In this document: piece after piece, positions 26,829 through 35,919 of the stretch
Layout: every line of letters starts with the position of its first letter
Position numbering within the stretch: position 1 is the stretch's first letter
IMG/VR virus record: IMGVR_UViG_3300036783_000172
Location: 1-40,715 of that record
Length of the DNA stretch: 40,715 bases
Source: a virus
Taxonomy: Duplodnaviria > Caudoviricetes
Reading direction: 5' to 3' (one strand)
The notes under the pieces: generated by a model
Told to the model about the DNA's origin: nothing
The model's database searches: none
What the model saw: the letters and a program-made list of their open reading frames with translations, nothing else
Position numbers and translations under genes: made by a program

Positions 26829-26834
26829 GGCCCA

Positions 26835-26843
26835 ACCGTAACA
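26835..26843 (-). promoter_or_regulatory. Extended -10 element (TGTTACGGT), leaderless promoter candidate
   Basis: TGn-TAnnnT 6 nt before GTG 26828, no Shine-Dalgarno. Confidence 0.45.
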
Positions 26844-26849
26844 CCCGTC

Positions 26850-27530
26850 TCAGGCGTGGGCGGGCTGACGGCCGAACGCATACCCCAGCTCACCGAGCCG
26901 GGTCCGGCCGCCGACCATCCCCGCACCGGGGAACGGGGCGCCCGGCCAGCAGCGGCAGGTGGCATGCACAGTGCCCGGGTAGCCGATGCGCGGCATCCGG
27001 TCGGCGTAGAAGTTCCGGCCGTCGGCGGCCAGGCAGTCGGGGGTGGTGTGCCCGTCCACCACGGTGTTCCAGCCGAGCAGCCGCCCGTACAGCATGCTCG
27101 CCGAGTCCACCCGGGCCGCGGCCAGCTCGCGCTGGTAGATCGCCTGCATGTGCTGCGCGTAGTAGCGCCGCTCCCGGGTCATCGCATCGAGCAGCGCGGT
27201 GGGGCTGTCACCGGAGCCCACGCGCTTCTGCTCAGCAGCCAGCCGGCGGCTGGAGTTGACCACGAACTGGGCCCGCCGGATCAGGTTGAGCCGGGCCATC
27301 TGCTGCGTGGCCGGGCCGTAGAACCCGGTCCGGGACGGCGGGAAGTTCATCACGATGTCGAGCGCGGCGCCGAGCGCCTTGCGGCCGACCCCGATGCCCA
27401 CGAACAGCGGGCCGAGGGTGGCTACCGCGGCTGTCACCGTGCCCGCAGTCACCAGCGCGGCAGCGACAGCCGAGCCCAGCTGCTGATCGGTTGGCTGGCT
27501 GGGCTGCTGAGTCTGTGCCGGGGTGGTCAT
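26850..27530 (-). CDS. MuF-like minor head (morphogenesis) protein, short form
   Basis: 'W.TV.D..T..DC...DG......PG.VH..CRC' after the portal. Confidence 0.85.
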   Translation of the reverse strand: MTTPAQTQQPSQPTDQQLGSAVAAALVTAGTVTAAVATLGPLFVGIGVGRKALGAALDIVMNFPPSRTGFYGPATQQMARLNLIRRAQFVVNSSRRLAAEQKRVGSGDSPTALLDAMTRERRYYAQHMQAIYQRELAAARVDSASMLYGRLLGWNTVVDGHTTPDCLAADGRNFYADRMPRIGYPGTVHATCRCWPGAPFPGAGMVGGRTRLGELGYAFGRQPAHA

Positions 27531-27730
27531 GCCGCCTTGGGTGCAGCTGGCTTGTTGGCCGGGGACCAGCTGACCACGCCGCCGCCGCCGAGCGCCCCGG
27601 CGACCACGGCGATCAGGACGGCCTTCCAGTCGCCGCCCGCGATAAACGCGGAGACACCAGCACCGATACCGGTGGCAATTGCCCCCGCTATGGCCTTGCG
27701 GTGGGTGGCGAGCCAGTTATTCATGATCAT
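27527..27730 (-). CDS. Holin-like two-TM membrane protein
   Basis: RKAIAGA..., two hydrophobic helices, basic tail. Confidence 0.55.
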   Translation of the reverse strand: MIMNNWLATHRKAIAGAIATGIGAGVSAFIAGGDWKAVLIAVVAGALGGGGVVSWSPANKPAAPKAA

Positions 27731-27737
27731 CGTCCTC

Positions 27738-27944
27738 TCACAGATCGGGGGTCACCGTGATGTCGCGGGTGATGTGCTCATGGACCACGTGCCCGAGCGC
27801 CATCGCGTGCATCGCCGCGTTGCCGAGGACCACCGGCAGCTCGGCTGCGCTGTAGGTGTCGGCGTGGTAGACGCACTCGTCGCACACCACGGTCGCGCTC
27901 GACATGCCGATCAGCCTGACCGAGTGCAGCTCAGGCTCGGGCAC
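27738..27944 (-). CDS. Small zinc-binding protein
   Basis: CDEC...HAMALGH. Confidence 0.55.
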   Translation of the reverse strand: MPEPELHSVRLIGMSSATVVCDECVYHADTYSAAELPVVLGNAAMHAMALGHVVHEHITRDITVTPDL

Positions 27945-27945
27945 G

Positions 27946-29505
27946 TCACGCCATCTTCCCCGGTGGCGGGGTCATCGGCGGCTTGGCCGGTGGCTGCGGT
28001 GGGCCAGCGCCCTGTTTCGGCGGGAACCCGGCCGGCGCCTGGCCCTTGGCTATCGCCTGGTGCAGCATGTTCGTCGCACCGCCCACCGTGCCGGCGAGCG
28101 CGCCCAGCTGGCCAGCTGCCTGGCTGGGCATGCCGGGCGGTGCCTGGGCCTGCAGCTGCTCGGCCCGCTGGTTGGCGGTGCTCGACAGCGCGGCATGCAC
28201 CTGGTCGATGTCCAGCTGCAGGATGCTCGCCATCCGCTCGGTGATCAGGTCGAGCACCTGCAGCGGGATGTGCAGCGCCGGGGCTGCGGCCAGCGTCTGG
28301 AACATGGTCAGCAGCGCCTGGATCTGCTCATCCTGCAGCGGGCCGAACCGGAACGTCGGGTAGGACGCCCCGGTGCCGAAGTTGAGCATCACCAGCGGCC
28401 GGATCAGGTCGTAGCTGATCGACTCGGCGATCTCCTTCGCCACTGCCTGGCGGGATTTGAGGTAGAAGCTGGACTGGTCCTGGCTGAGCGCATAGCTTCC
28501 CCGCCCGCCGGTTGATCCCCCGGTGAGCCCCATGAACCCAGCCAGGACGCTGCCGACCTGCCACTGCTCCAGGAACTGCAGCGCGGCCTCGAAGTGGGCG
28601 CCCGCGTCGGTGCCGGACGACAGCAGCTCGAACGCCTTCTCCCCGGCGGCCGGGTGGATGAGCCCCACCACCCCGGCGCCTTTCAGTGCCGCGATGTCGT
28701 CGGCGCGCTGATTCGCCTCTGGCTGGTCATTGCCGTAGACAATGACGCGCTGCATTGCCTGGTTCTCCAGGAAGTAATACCACAGGTAAAGCAGCTTCAT
28801 TTTCGTCTGATAGCACCAGTAGGCGATATCCATTTCGCTCGCGCCGGTCAACGGCTCCCGGTGCTTCTGGTGCGTGTAGACGTAGCTGCGTATCTCGGGG
28901 ATATCGACATACCCGGGCACTTTCTGGCTGCGCTGCACCTTGTTGGCCGCGCCGAACATCCACACCTGCTGGCGGAAGCCGTCGGGGATCCCGGTGCGCT
29001 CGTTGTACCGCGCCTGGCAGGTGGCCGTCGGCCGGAACGCCACCTTGTCGTAGATCACCTTGCCGTCGGTCTCGCGGATCTTCCAGACCTTCTCGAAGAA
29101 CGCCCGCCGGAACGTCAGGGCCGAGGTGATCTGGCCGACCAGCTGCTGGACGGGCGTCTTCATGCCGCCCTCGGTGTCGGGGGTCATCAGCACTGAAGTG
29201 ACCAGTGCGGCCTCGCCCTTGTCCCCCTTACCAGGCTGGATCATGAAGTCGGCTTCGCGGACCGGCAGGGTCAGCACCAGCTCCAGCGCGTTGCACTTGC
29301 CGTCGCGACGGAACATCGCCTTCATGTCCCGGCTGTTCCACTCACCGTAGTCGAACACATCGCCGGAGCCGTAGTAGGCGAACAGCCGCTGGCCGATGTC
29401 GAACTGGGTGCCCATCTCGGAGCCCAGCAGCTCGTTGCGGGTGGACTTCTTCAGGTCCGGGAAGTGGACCAGGTTGTCAGCCGGGTCAGCTGCTGGCTTG
29501 GCCAC
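27946..29505 (-). CDS. Portal protein (Mu gp29/DUF935-like)
   Basis: Follows TerL; 'FEKVW', 'GSYALS', 'LIRPLVMLNFG...P.FRF'. Confidence 0.9.
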   Translation of the reverse strand: MAKPAADPADNLVHFPDLKKSTRNELLGSEMGTQFDIGQRLFAYYGSGDVFDYGEWNSRDMKAMFRRDGKCNALELVLTLPVREADFMIQPGKGDKGEAALVTSVLMTPDTEGGMKTPVQQLVGQITSALTFRRAFFEKVWKIRETDGKVIYDKVAFRPTATCQARYNERTGIPDGFRQQVWMFGAANKVQRSQKVPGYVDIPEIRSYVYTHQKHREPLTGASEMDIAYWCYQTKMKLLYLWYYFLENQAMQRVIVYGNDQPEANQRADDIAALKGAGVVGLIHPAAGEKAFELLSSGTDAGAHFEAALQFLEQWQVGSVLAGFMGLTGGSTGGRGSYALSQDQSSFYLKSRQAVAKEIAESISYDLIRPLVMLNFGTGASYPTFRFGPLQDEQIQALLTMFQTLAAAPALHIPLQVLDLITERMASILQLDIDQVHAALSSTANQRAEQLQAQAPPGMPSQAAGQLGALAGTVGGATNMLHQAIAKGQAPAGFPPKQGAGPPQPPAKPPMTPPPGKMA

Positions 29506-29508
29506 CGG

Positions 29509-31128
29509 TCACCTCCACTGCCTCACGTTGCCCCGCGGGCCGGTCTTCTCACGATCTTCGTCGTCGGCTGCCGGGGCGAAGCTGTCCAATTCCCACTGCT
29601 CACTCGAAGCATAGGCTTCCCCATGGGCACCACGCAGCCTCCTGTTCAGCCGCTCTGATTCGGTGGGCCCCATCTCGTCCACCTCGGCCTGCGCCGCCCA
29701 GGGCCGCGGGCCCGACTTGCCGGGCGGGCCGAGGTTCTTGCGCAGGTACGGCGTCAGGGCCCAGACAAGGCTGTCCAGCCGGTCAGGCGAGCGCTCGCCC
29801 TGGGCCCCGGTGAACGTGGCCATCTGGTCCTCCAGCTCGGGCATGTGCGTGTCGGGCACCGGGTGGCCGTGCGGGTCTTTGCGGGTGATGTGGCAGTGCC
29901 TGACCAGCCCGCCGTGCCGCTGGTACAGGGCGCTGACCGGCTCGGCGCGGACCCGCTTGGCCTGGCTGGCGTGGATTACCCGGTATGGCACCCGGCTCTT
30001 CGACTGCTTCATCACCTGCTCGAAGGTGGCCTGCAGCCAGGCGCCGCCGTGGTTCTTCTCGATCACCAGCATGGCTGGGCAGCCGTAGTCGGCGGCGAGG
30101 AACATCGCGCGGCGGATCACCCGCTGGGCGAACGGGACCGGCGCCTCCTGGCCGCCCCAGTTCTCCAGCACGTACAGGTGCCCGTCCTCAACCGGGCCCG
30201 GGCCGACCACGGTGTAGGCCTGCTCGTCGCTGGTCTCGCTGCCGTCTGAGGGGTCCACCCCGATCGTGATCTCGCGCAGGTACTCGGGCCCGTCGGCACT
30301 GCCGACCCCACCGCACCGCACCTCGTCCAGCAGGTCTCTGGTCCACAGCGCGTTGGCGACGTCATCCAGCAGCTCGCCTTCCAGCTCCTGGCGTTCCAGC
30401 CGGGTGCCCTGGGATGCGCCGATGACCGCGCGCAGGAAGCCGTCGGACAGGTTGTCGGCGTTGTCGATGGTGCGCAGCCGCCGGGTGATGACCCCGCCCT
30501 CGCTGGGGTCGTTGCGCAGCAGGGCCCGCACCAGCCGGCGGGCCGGGCGGCTCGCCTTGGGCGTGCCGGTGGCGATGATCTTGGACACGCCCATGCGGAC
30601 GGCATAGCGCAAGCTCTCGTTCCAGGCGGTCTCCCACTTCTCCCAGAGGCCCACTTCGTCGCACCAGGCGCCCTTCAGGTTCCGGCCCTGGATACGCAGC
30701 CCGCCCTCGGCCGCCGAGTCGGCATAGACCACGATCCCGTTGTGCAGTACCACCTGGCCGTAGGTGCGCCAGGCGTTGCGGACCGTCTTCGAGCGGTGGT
30801 CTTTCACCTCGGCCATCGAGGTGCCGAGCGCCCGCAGCAGCCCGCTCTCGCCCTCGATGCACTTGGTCCAGGCGTCGGCGTAGGTGGGGGCGATCACCCC
30901 GTACTCACCTTCACCATCGGCGTCGGACAGGATCCACTCGGCCAGCCCCTGCGCCCCGGCCCGGGTCTTGCCGGAGCCGCGCCCGCCCCGGAAGAAACAC
31001 ACCCGCCAGTCGCCCTCGGGCAGCACCTGGTCCTCGCGGGCCAGCTTCATCCGCCACATCAGGCGCGGGTCAGTCGGCCCCTTGCCGTAGCCCTCAGCCA
31101 CCCGCCCCAGGACGTCGGCGAAGCCCAT
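29509..31128 (-). CDS. terL: Terminase large subunit
   Basis: Walker A GGRGSGKT, Walker B WCDE, TGTP, RQELEGE, RNase H IGVDP, DRLDSLVW. Confidence 0.96.
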   Translation of the reverse strand: MGFADVLGRVAEGYGKGPTDPRLMWRMKLAREDQVLPEGDWRVCFFRGGRGSGKTRAGAQGLAEWILSDADGEGEYGVIAPTYADAWTKCIEGESGLLRALGTSMAEVKDHRSKTVRNAWRTYGQVVLHNGIVVYADSAAEGGLRIQGRNLKGAWCDEVGLWEKWETAWNESLRYAVRMGVSKIIATGTPKASRPARRLVRALLRNDPSEGGVITRRLRTIDNADNLSDGFLRAVIGASQGTRLERQELEGELLDDVANALWTRDLLDEVRCGGVGSADGPEYLREITIGVDPSDGSETSDEQAYTVVGPGPVEDGHLYVLENWGGQEAPVPFAQRVIRRAMFLAADYGCPAMLVIEKNHGGAWLQATFEQVMKQSKSRVPYRVIHASQAKRVRAEPVSALYQRHGGLVRHCHITRKDPHGHPVPDTHMPELEDQMATFTGAQGERSPDRLDSLVWALTPYLRKNLGPPGKSGPRPWAAQAEVDEMGPTESERLNRRLRGAHGEAYASSEQWELDSFAPAADDEDREKTGPRGNVRQWR

Positions 31129-31910
31129 CAGCTGGCGACCCTGGTCAGCTCCCTGCGCAGCACGGTCCGGGCCTCCTGCTGCTCGACCAGGCCGAGCCCG
31201 GATGCGGTGAGCGCAGCGTTGAGGGCCCGCTCGATCATGCCCTGCTGCTGCTCTTCGAGCTGCAGCAGCCGGGCGTCGATGCCGAGCCGGGAGATGTCCA
31301 TCAGCAGCTTGCCCAGCCGCTCCTGGGCCCGCTCGTACAGCACCACCTCGGCCCGCAGCTGCTCGCCCATCCGGGTGCCGTAGCGCATGTCGGCCCGCTG
31401 CACCAGGTAGGCGGTGATCGAGCGCATGATCTCCTTGAACGCCTTCACCTCGGCGGCCAGGTCCAGCAGCTCGGTGAGCGGGTTGCCGATCGGGTCCGGC
31501 TTCATCAGCTTCTCACCGTGCTCGGCGAGGATCACCACCAGCCGGTCGGCGATCTGCCCGGACACGACCCGGTTGGCGGCCTGCTTGGCCGGGATTGAGC
31601 CCCGCGCGGCGCCGTGCTTGCGGCAGCGGGCCGGCTCGGTGCCCTTGACCGCGTTGTCGTGGCAGGGGTCAGCCTCGCCGAACTTGTGCCGGCAGCGCCG
31701 CCAGTTGGTGATCGCCTCGGCCTCGTCCAGCATGTCGTCGGGCATGTGGTAGACGCAGGCGCCCATGCCCTCGACCTCGTGATGCGCGCAGGGCCTGCCG
31801 TCCTCACCAGCCGGCTGCCCGCACAGCAGCGGCCCTTCGCCTGGACGCAGCACGTCCATCTCCCCGCCCTTCAGCCCGGGCCCGCCCCGGTTCCCTCTAC
31901 CCCGCGGCAA
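31128..31910 (-). CDS. Terminase small subunit-like protein
   Basis: Directly upstream of TerL with TGATG coupling; two Cys knuckles including RCRKHG, then a helical oligomerisation region. Confidence 0.75.
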   Translation of the reverse strand: MPRGRGNRGGPGLKGGEMDVLRPGEGPLLCGQPAGEDGRPCAHHEVEGMGACVYHMPDDMLDEAEAITNWRRCRHKFGEADPCHDNAVKGTEPARCRKHGAARGSIPAKQAANRVVSGQIADRLVVILAEHGEKLMKPDPIGNPLTELLDLAAEVKAFKEIMRSITAYLVQRADMRYGTRMGEQLRAEVVLYERAQERLGKLLMDISRLGIDARLLQLEEQQQGMIERALNAALTASGLGLVEQQEARTVLRRELTRVAS

Positions 31911-31936
31911 TCAGGTTCGCGGGACGGGCCGCGGAT

Positions 31937-32404
31937 CTACAGCTGTTCCGCCACCATCTGCCGGGCCTCGGGAATGCCAGCGGCCTTCACCTGGTCCGGC
32001 AGGTAGCGGTCCAGCTCGTCCTTCACCATCTGGATCAGCGCCGCCAGCCGGCCATGATCACCAGCTGCCAGCGCATCCTGTGCATGGCTGAGCAGAGCAT
32101 GCGCGCGGGCGGCGCCGGTCACCGCGTTCGCGGGCAGCGCCGGGGACTCGTTGCTGGTGCCGCCACCCTCACGCATGCCCACCGAGATCTGCTCTTCCGG
32201 CGGGTCGGGCAGCACCGCCGCGGGCGGGTCGGCACCCGCCTTCTGCTCGGCGATCGTCACGGTCTCTTCCGGCGGCACGCCAGCTGCCCGCTGCTCGGCC
32301 ACAGGGATCGGGTCGGGCCCGGGCCCGGGCTCTTCCGCGGCCTTGGCCTTGGCTGCTGCGAGGGCGGCTTCCAGCTCATCCACGGTCTGGGGTTGCTCGG
32401 TCAT
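31937..32404 (-). CDS. Acidic Pro/Ala-rich hypothetical protein
   Basis: RBS GGGAG, high GC3. Confidence 0.65.
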   Translation of the reverse strand: MTEQPQTVDELEAALAAAKAKAAEEPGPGPDPIPVAEQRAAGVPPEETVTIAEQKAGADPPAAVLPDPPEEQISVGMREGGGTSNESPALPANAVTGAARAHALLSHAQDALAAGDHGRLAALIQMVKDELDRYLPDQVKAAGIPEARQMVAEQL

Positions 32405-32442
32405 GCCAGGCTCCCTGCAGTCAGGTGCTGATGGGACCAAAG

Positions 32443-33291
32443 TTACAGGATGGTTTTGAGCCCGAGGGGGTTCAGCTCGCCGGTCAGTTCCTTCATCGCG
32501 GCCTGGATGCCCGCGATGTCGAGCCCGGACGGGTTCCTGCCGTTGACCTCGATGAAGTCGGGGGCGGCGATCACCCAGGCCTCCTCGATGGTGTGCTGCA
32601 GGAAACCGGTGCTCGCCTTGACCACCGCGCCCCAGCCAGCCAGCCGCGCCTCATGCCAGCCCAGCAGCTCACCGAGCTGGACCATGCAGTGGCCTCCGGC
32701 CAGCGGGGACCGCGGCACGTACACCCAGTCACCGGGGAACGCCTGCTCGGCAGAGACGGGCAGGCTGAGCCCGAGGTAGATCCCGCCGAACGCCTGCAGC
32801 GCCTTGATCCGCTCCGGCCGCAGCCAGCTCCCCGGCCGCAGCGCGCCGTAGAACAGGATCTTCGACGTGCCGATGCCGTGGGTGCGCCAGAACTGCAGGT
32901 TGTCCTGCAGCACGGTGCCCACGTCGGTGGCAGGGTCGCCGCGCCTGTAGCCGGACAGGTACTCATACAGGCTGAGCACCTGGTCGTTGCCCCAGCTGGT
33001 GCCCTTGCCGTGGGCGTAGGCGTTCCAGGCCATCTGGATGTGGTCCATGCCCGCGATGCCGCAGTCACCGCAGCCCTGCTCCAGCCCCGCTGGGTTGCTG
33101 GGATCGGGGCCGTTCAGGTCCATCGGGAAGGGGCCGGCCTTGCTGAAGTAGTCGATCTCGGTGCGTGAGCTGGGGTCGGCGACCGCCGGGTGCAGCTCTA
33201 CCGGGGTGAGGAAGTCGTCAATCCACAGGCGGGGCCTGGCGAACAGCGGGTGCGGCGGCAGCCGCCCGCCCTGGTAGATCTCGAAGGCCAT
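32443..33291 (-). CDS. Papain-fold cysteine peptidase (possible endolysin domain)
   Basis: GCGDC (Cys), GGHC (His), downstream WG. Confidence 0.7.
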   Translation of the reverse strand: MAFEIYQGGRLPPHPLFARPRLWIDDFLTPVELHPAVADPSSRTEIDYFSKAGPFPMDLNGPDPSNPAGLEQGCGDCGIAGMDHIQMAWNAYAHGKGTSWGNDQVLSLYEYLSGYRRGDPATDVGTVLQDNLQFWRTHGIGTSKILFYGALRPGSWLRPERIKALQAFGGIYLGLSLPVSAEQAFPGDWVYVPRSPLAGGHCMVQLGELLGWHEARLAGWGAVVKASTGFLQHTIEEAWVIAAPDFIEVNGRNPSGLDIAGIQAAMKELTGELNPLGLKTIL

Positions 33292-33523
33292 GATCGTCTC
33301 CACTGCTGCGGGGCTGAAGTGAAGACATCATAGGGGTGAGACCAGCGCGTTCGTAGAGTTCCCGGCGAAGTGCTGAGGTGACGCTGCGGTCAGCGCTCTG
33401 CCAGTAGAGGTTCAGCTCGGCTTCGATCACGCGCCCGGCAGCCGCGTCGGCGAGTGCCCACCCGGCGATCCCGGCGATCCCAGTGATCAGGATGACCATG
33501 AACGTCCAGATGATCACGTCCAT
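33218..33523 (-). CDS. Single-pass membrane protein
   Basis: MDVIIWTFMVILITGIAGIAGW; TGATG coupling; 3' end overlaps the peptidase gene. Confidence 0.5.
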   Translation of the reverse strand: MDVIIWTFMVILITGIAGIAGWALADAAAGRVIEAELNLYWQSADRSVTSALRRELYERAGLTPMMSSLQPRSSGDDHGLRDLPGRAAAAAPAVRQAPPVD

Positions 33524-33987
33524 CAGACCACCCGGAAATAGGCGGTCGGATGCCACCAGGCTGACGGGTGGTGCCAGCCGAGCACCGTGCCCGGTTCGAG
33601 CGCGCCGAAGGTGCCTCTGGCCGTGACCAGCTCTACATGGCCCAGCCCGTAGAAGGCGATGTCGCCGCGCTCGCGCTGGCTGGCAGCCACCCGCCGCAGG
33701 TGGGTACTGCCCCACATGGCGAAAGTAGTCCTGGGCAGCGAGATCCCGGCATGGCGGTAGGCGGTCATGACCAGGCCGCTGCAGTCGAAGCCGGGCCCGG
33801 TCCCGCCGAACACGTAGGGATGGCCGGCCTGGGACTCAGCCCAGCGGAGCGCGATGATGCGGGCTGGTGTGGAGCTGGCCGCGGCACCGGGGACGGGGGC
33901 TGCCCCCAGCGACAGGGCCGCGGCCAGCACACCAGCTGCTGAGGCCACTCCAAGCAGCCGGGCAACTACCCACGCTATGCGCCTCAT
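33523..33987 (-). CDS. Secreted NlpC/P60 peptidoglycan endopeptidase
   Basis: Signal peptide; PYVFGG..FDCSGLV..LPRT..GD..F...HV. Confidence 0.93.
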   Translation of the reverse strand: MRRIAWVVARLLGVASAAGVLAAALSLGAAPVPGAAASSTPARIIALRWAESQAGHPYVFGGTGPGFDCSGLVMTAYRHAGISLPRTTFAMWGSTHLRRVAASQRERGDIAFYGLGHVELVTARGTFGALEPGTVLGWHHPSAWWHPTAYFRVV

Positions 33988-33993
33988 CGCCGG

Positions 33994-34725
33994 TCAGCAA
34001 CCGTCGTAGGGCGACCATGCGGCGCCGCCCGACTGCGCGTAGGCCTGCTGGAAGGCCTGGTTCTGCTCGGCCACCGAGGCGTTCTGCGGCAGCCCGGAAT
34101 GGCCTAGGGCCGCCCAGGTGCTGGGCAGGAACTGGTACAGGCCGCCCGCGCCCGAGCTGGGATTGACAGCGCCCGGGTTGCCGCCGGATTCGCGGGCGAT
34201 CACACAGGCCTGAAAGCTTCCCGATGCGCCGCTGTAGCTCACAGCGGGGGCCGGGGATGCAGCTGCAGCCGCCTGCTGGCTGTAACCCGGGGCAGCAGGC
34301 ACAACTGGAGCTGGCGGTGGGGGCGGGGGCGGCGCCGGGATCGCTGCGACCGCCCTGCGGGTAAGAGCGGCTGAATGCGGATGCCAGGCTGACAGCTCCA
34401 GCTCGGTCCCTGTCAGCAGCGCGGCTGGGTTGCGGACCTGGTGCCGGTTCACCCACCACAGCGCGGGCCACAGCCGGCCGGAGCCGTAGAACCGCCGGGC
34501 GATGGACCACAGCGTGTCACCGTAGTGGACCCGGTAGACGGCAGGCATCCCGCCGGCCGTGATCCGGGCCCGCGCCGTGTTGAGCGGGCGCAGGTCAACT
34601 GTGGTGACAAGGTGCAGCTGGGGCTTGTGCGCAGCTGGCGCTGGCACGGGGGTCACGGCCAGGGCTAGACCCAGGAAAAACAGGCCCAGCAATGCGGCGG
34701 AAACCGGCCTGAGATGGCGTCCCAC
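33994..34725 (-). CDS. Secreted LysM + resuscitation-promoting-factor-like transglycosylase
   Basis: Signal peptide; LysM (YRVHYGDTLWSIARRFYG); Pro linker; CVIARESGGN..GLYQF..TW..ASVAEQ..W...C. Confidence 0.92.
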   Translation of the reverse strand: MGRHLRPVSAALLGLFFLGLALAVTPVPAPAAHKPQLHLVTTVDLRPLNTARARITAGGMPAVYRVHYGDTLWSIARRFYGSGRLWPALWWVNRHQVRNPAALLTGTELELSAWHPHSAALTRRAVAAIPAPPPPPPPAPVVPAAPGYSQQAAAAASPAPAVSYSGASGSFQACVIARESGGNPGAVNPSSGAGGLYQFLPSTWAALGHSGLPQNASVAEQNQAFQQAYAQSGGAAWSPYDGC

Positions 34726-34813
34726 GGGTATCCTTCGATCGGCTGTATCGCGCGATCAGACACCCATGCGACTGGCAGGAAGCTGGCGTCTGCTCACGTC
34801 CAGATTCCAGCCG

Positions 34814-34843
34814 ACCATAACAGCACCCCCCAGGGATGCGCAG
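34814..34843 (-). promoter_or_regulatory. Promoter candidate for the Rpf-NlpC operon
   Basis: CTGCGC-18-TATGGT with TGn extension, inside a palindrome. Confidence 0.45.
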
Positions 34844-34872
34844 GTGGTCGGCGTGGTTCGCAGCCGGGCACG

Positions 34873-34906
34873 GGGCCGGGGCGCCATTCAGCGGGCTCCC
34901 CGGCCC
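34873..34906 (-). terminator. GC hairpin after 34922..35239
   Basis: GGGCCGGGG / CCCCGGCCC 9-bp stem, 15 nt after the stop. Confidence 0.55.
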
Positions 34907-34921
34907 TATCGTTTCCCCAGG

Positions 34922-35239
34922 TCACCGCTCGGCCCAGGTGCCAGCGTGCATCAGCAGCTCCCGGCCGGTGTCGGTAGCGCGCAGGATCGTGCCGTCGGTG
35001 GCATCGAGGGAGTCGAGCGCCGCGGCATCCATCGCCGCCTCGACACAGTGGATCACCTGGCGGCCCTGGTAGCGGTCCAGCTCGGCCTGCAGCTGGGCGA
35101 TCACCATCTCGGACTCGGCGAGGGCAGCGTGGGCGTACTTCAGCACCGTGTCTGCGGTCGGCCACAGCGTGGTCGAGTCCGCGCTGGCCATCTGCATCCC
35201 GAGCCGGGCCAGGTCGTGCCGCGCCGGCCGCGGGGTCAT
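34922..35239 (-). CDS. Hypothetical protein
   Basis: MTPRPARHDL...; ATGA coupling. Confidence 0.65.
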   Translation of the reverse strand: MTPRPARHDLARLGMQMASADSTTLWPTADTVLKYAHAALAESEMVIAQLQAELDRYQGRQVIHCVEAAMDAAALDSLDATDGTILRATDTGRELLMHAGTWAER

Positions 35240-35478
35240 ACCGCGGGACCGCTCGACCAGCCGCCGATCGCCATGCCGGACCGCACCTGGCCTGGCACCC
35301 ACACCAGCGGCAGTGGTGCGCCCGACTCCAGGTAGCTGTTGAGCAGGACCAGCGCGCCGGTCGCCGCCTCGGCCGCGGCCAGCTCCTCGGGGCTGCCGCG
35401 CGTGGCGCCCTCCCACTTCTCAGCTGCCGCCAGGCCCCGTGCCAGCACCTCGCCGGGATCCATCATCGTCATCACCAT
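35236..35478 (-). CDS. Hypothetical protein
   Basis: High-GC3 ORF with purine-rich RBS; 'L..GAPLP..W' motif. Confidence 0.65.
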   Translation of the reverse strand: MVMTMMDPGEVLARGLAAAEKWEGATRGSPEELAAAEAATGALVLLNSYLESGAPLPLVWVPGQVRSGMAIGGWSSGPAV

Positions 35479-35540
35479 TTCCGTTCCCCGCCTCAGTGAC
35501 GCTGCAGGTCATACCCACATGCGTCACTCCTGTCACACTG

Positions 35541-35912
35541 CTACCGCCGGTCGAGCATCACCGCCCCGCCGGGGCCGGTGGGTATCATGCCCGGATGAGC
35601 CGGCATGATCGCCGTCTCGGTGAGGTTCAGCCCCAGCAGGTGTGACCAGCACAGCGGCACCGGGAACGGCATCATCCCGTTCCCGAGCGGCGGCTGTATC
35701 AGTGGCGCGAACAGGCCATAGGCAACCGCCAGAGCTGGCGGGGTGAGCCCCTTGCCCAGGGCGATCGTGGTCTCGCCGCCGGCCTTGACCGCCGCGGCTA
35801 CCTGGTCAGCGACCCTGGCCAGCGCCTCATGCTTCCACACCGCCGCGCAGGCGAAGCAGAAGAAGTCGCCACGAGGTGGCATGGGGCCAGTGAACAGGAC
35901 TGTGCCGGGCAC
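35541..35912 (-). CDS. Cys-containing hypothetical protein
   Basis: CFAC...LCWSH; GTG start just after a promoter-like sequence. Confidence 0.65.
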   Translation of the reverse strand: MPGTVLFTGPMPPRGDFFCFACAAVWKHEALARVADQVAAAVKAGGETTIALGKGLTPPALAVAYGLFAPLIQPPLGNGMMPFPVPLCWSHLLGLNLTETAIMPAHPGMIPTGPGGAVMLDRR

Positions 35913-35919
35913 GAACGCG

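Larger units (their letters stand above)
26425..26849. repeat. Perfect 12-bp inverted repeat bracketing one gene
   Basis: GACGGGTGTTAC (26425-36) and GTAACACCCGTC (26838-49). Confidence 0.85.

Noticed and set aside
29509-31128. Intein or intron in the terminase
   Set aside because: Normal length, contiguous motifs, no splice-junction signatures
34726-34921. c-di-AMP (ydaO) riboswitch upstream of the Rpf-like gene
   Set aside because: CGCTGAAT is present but inside a simple hairpin; I could not find the other conserved blocks (e.g. GTCAGCTAAC). An Rfam scan would be decisive
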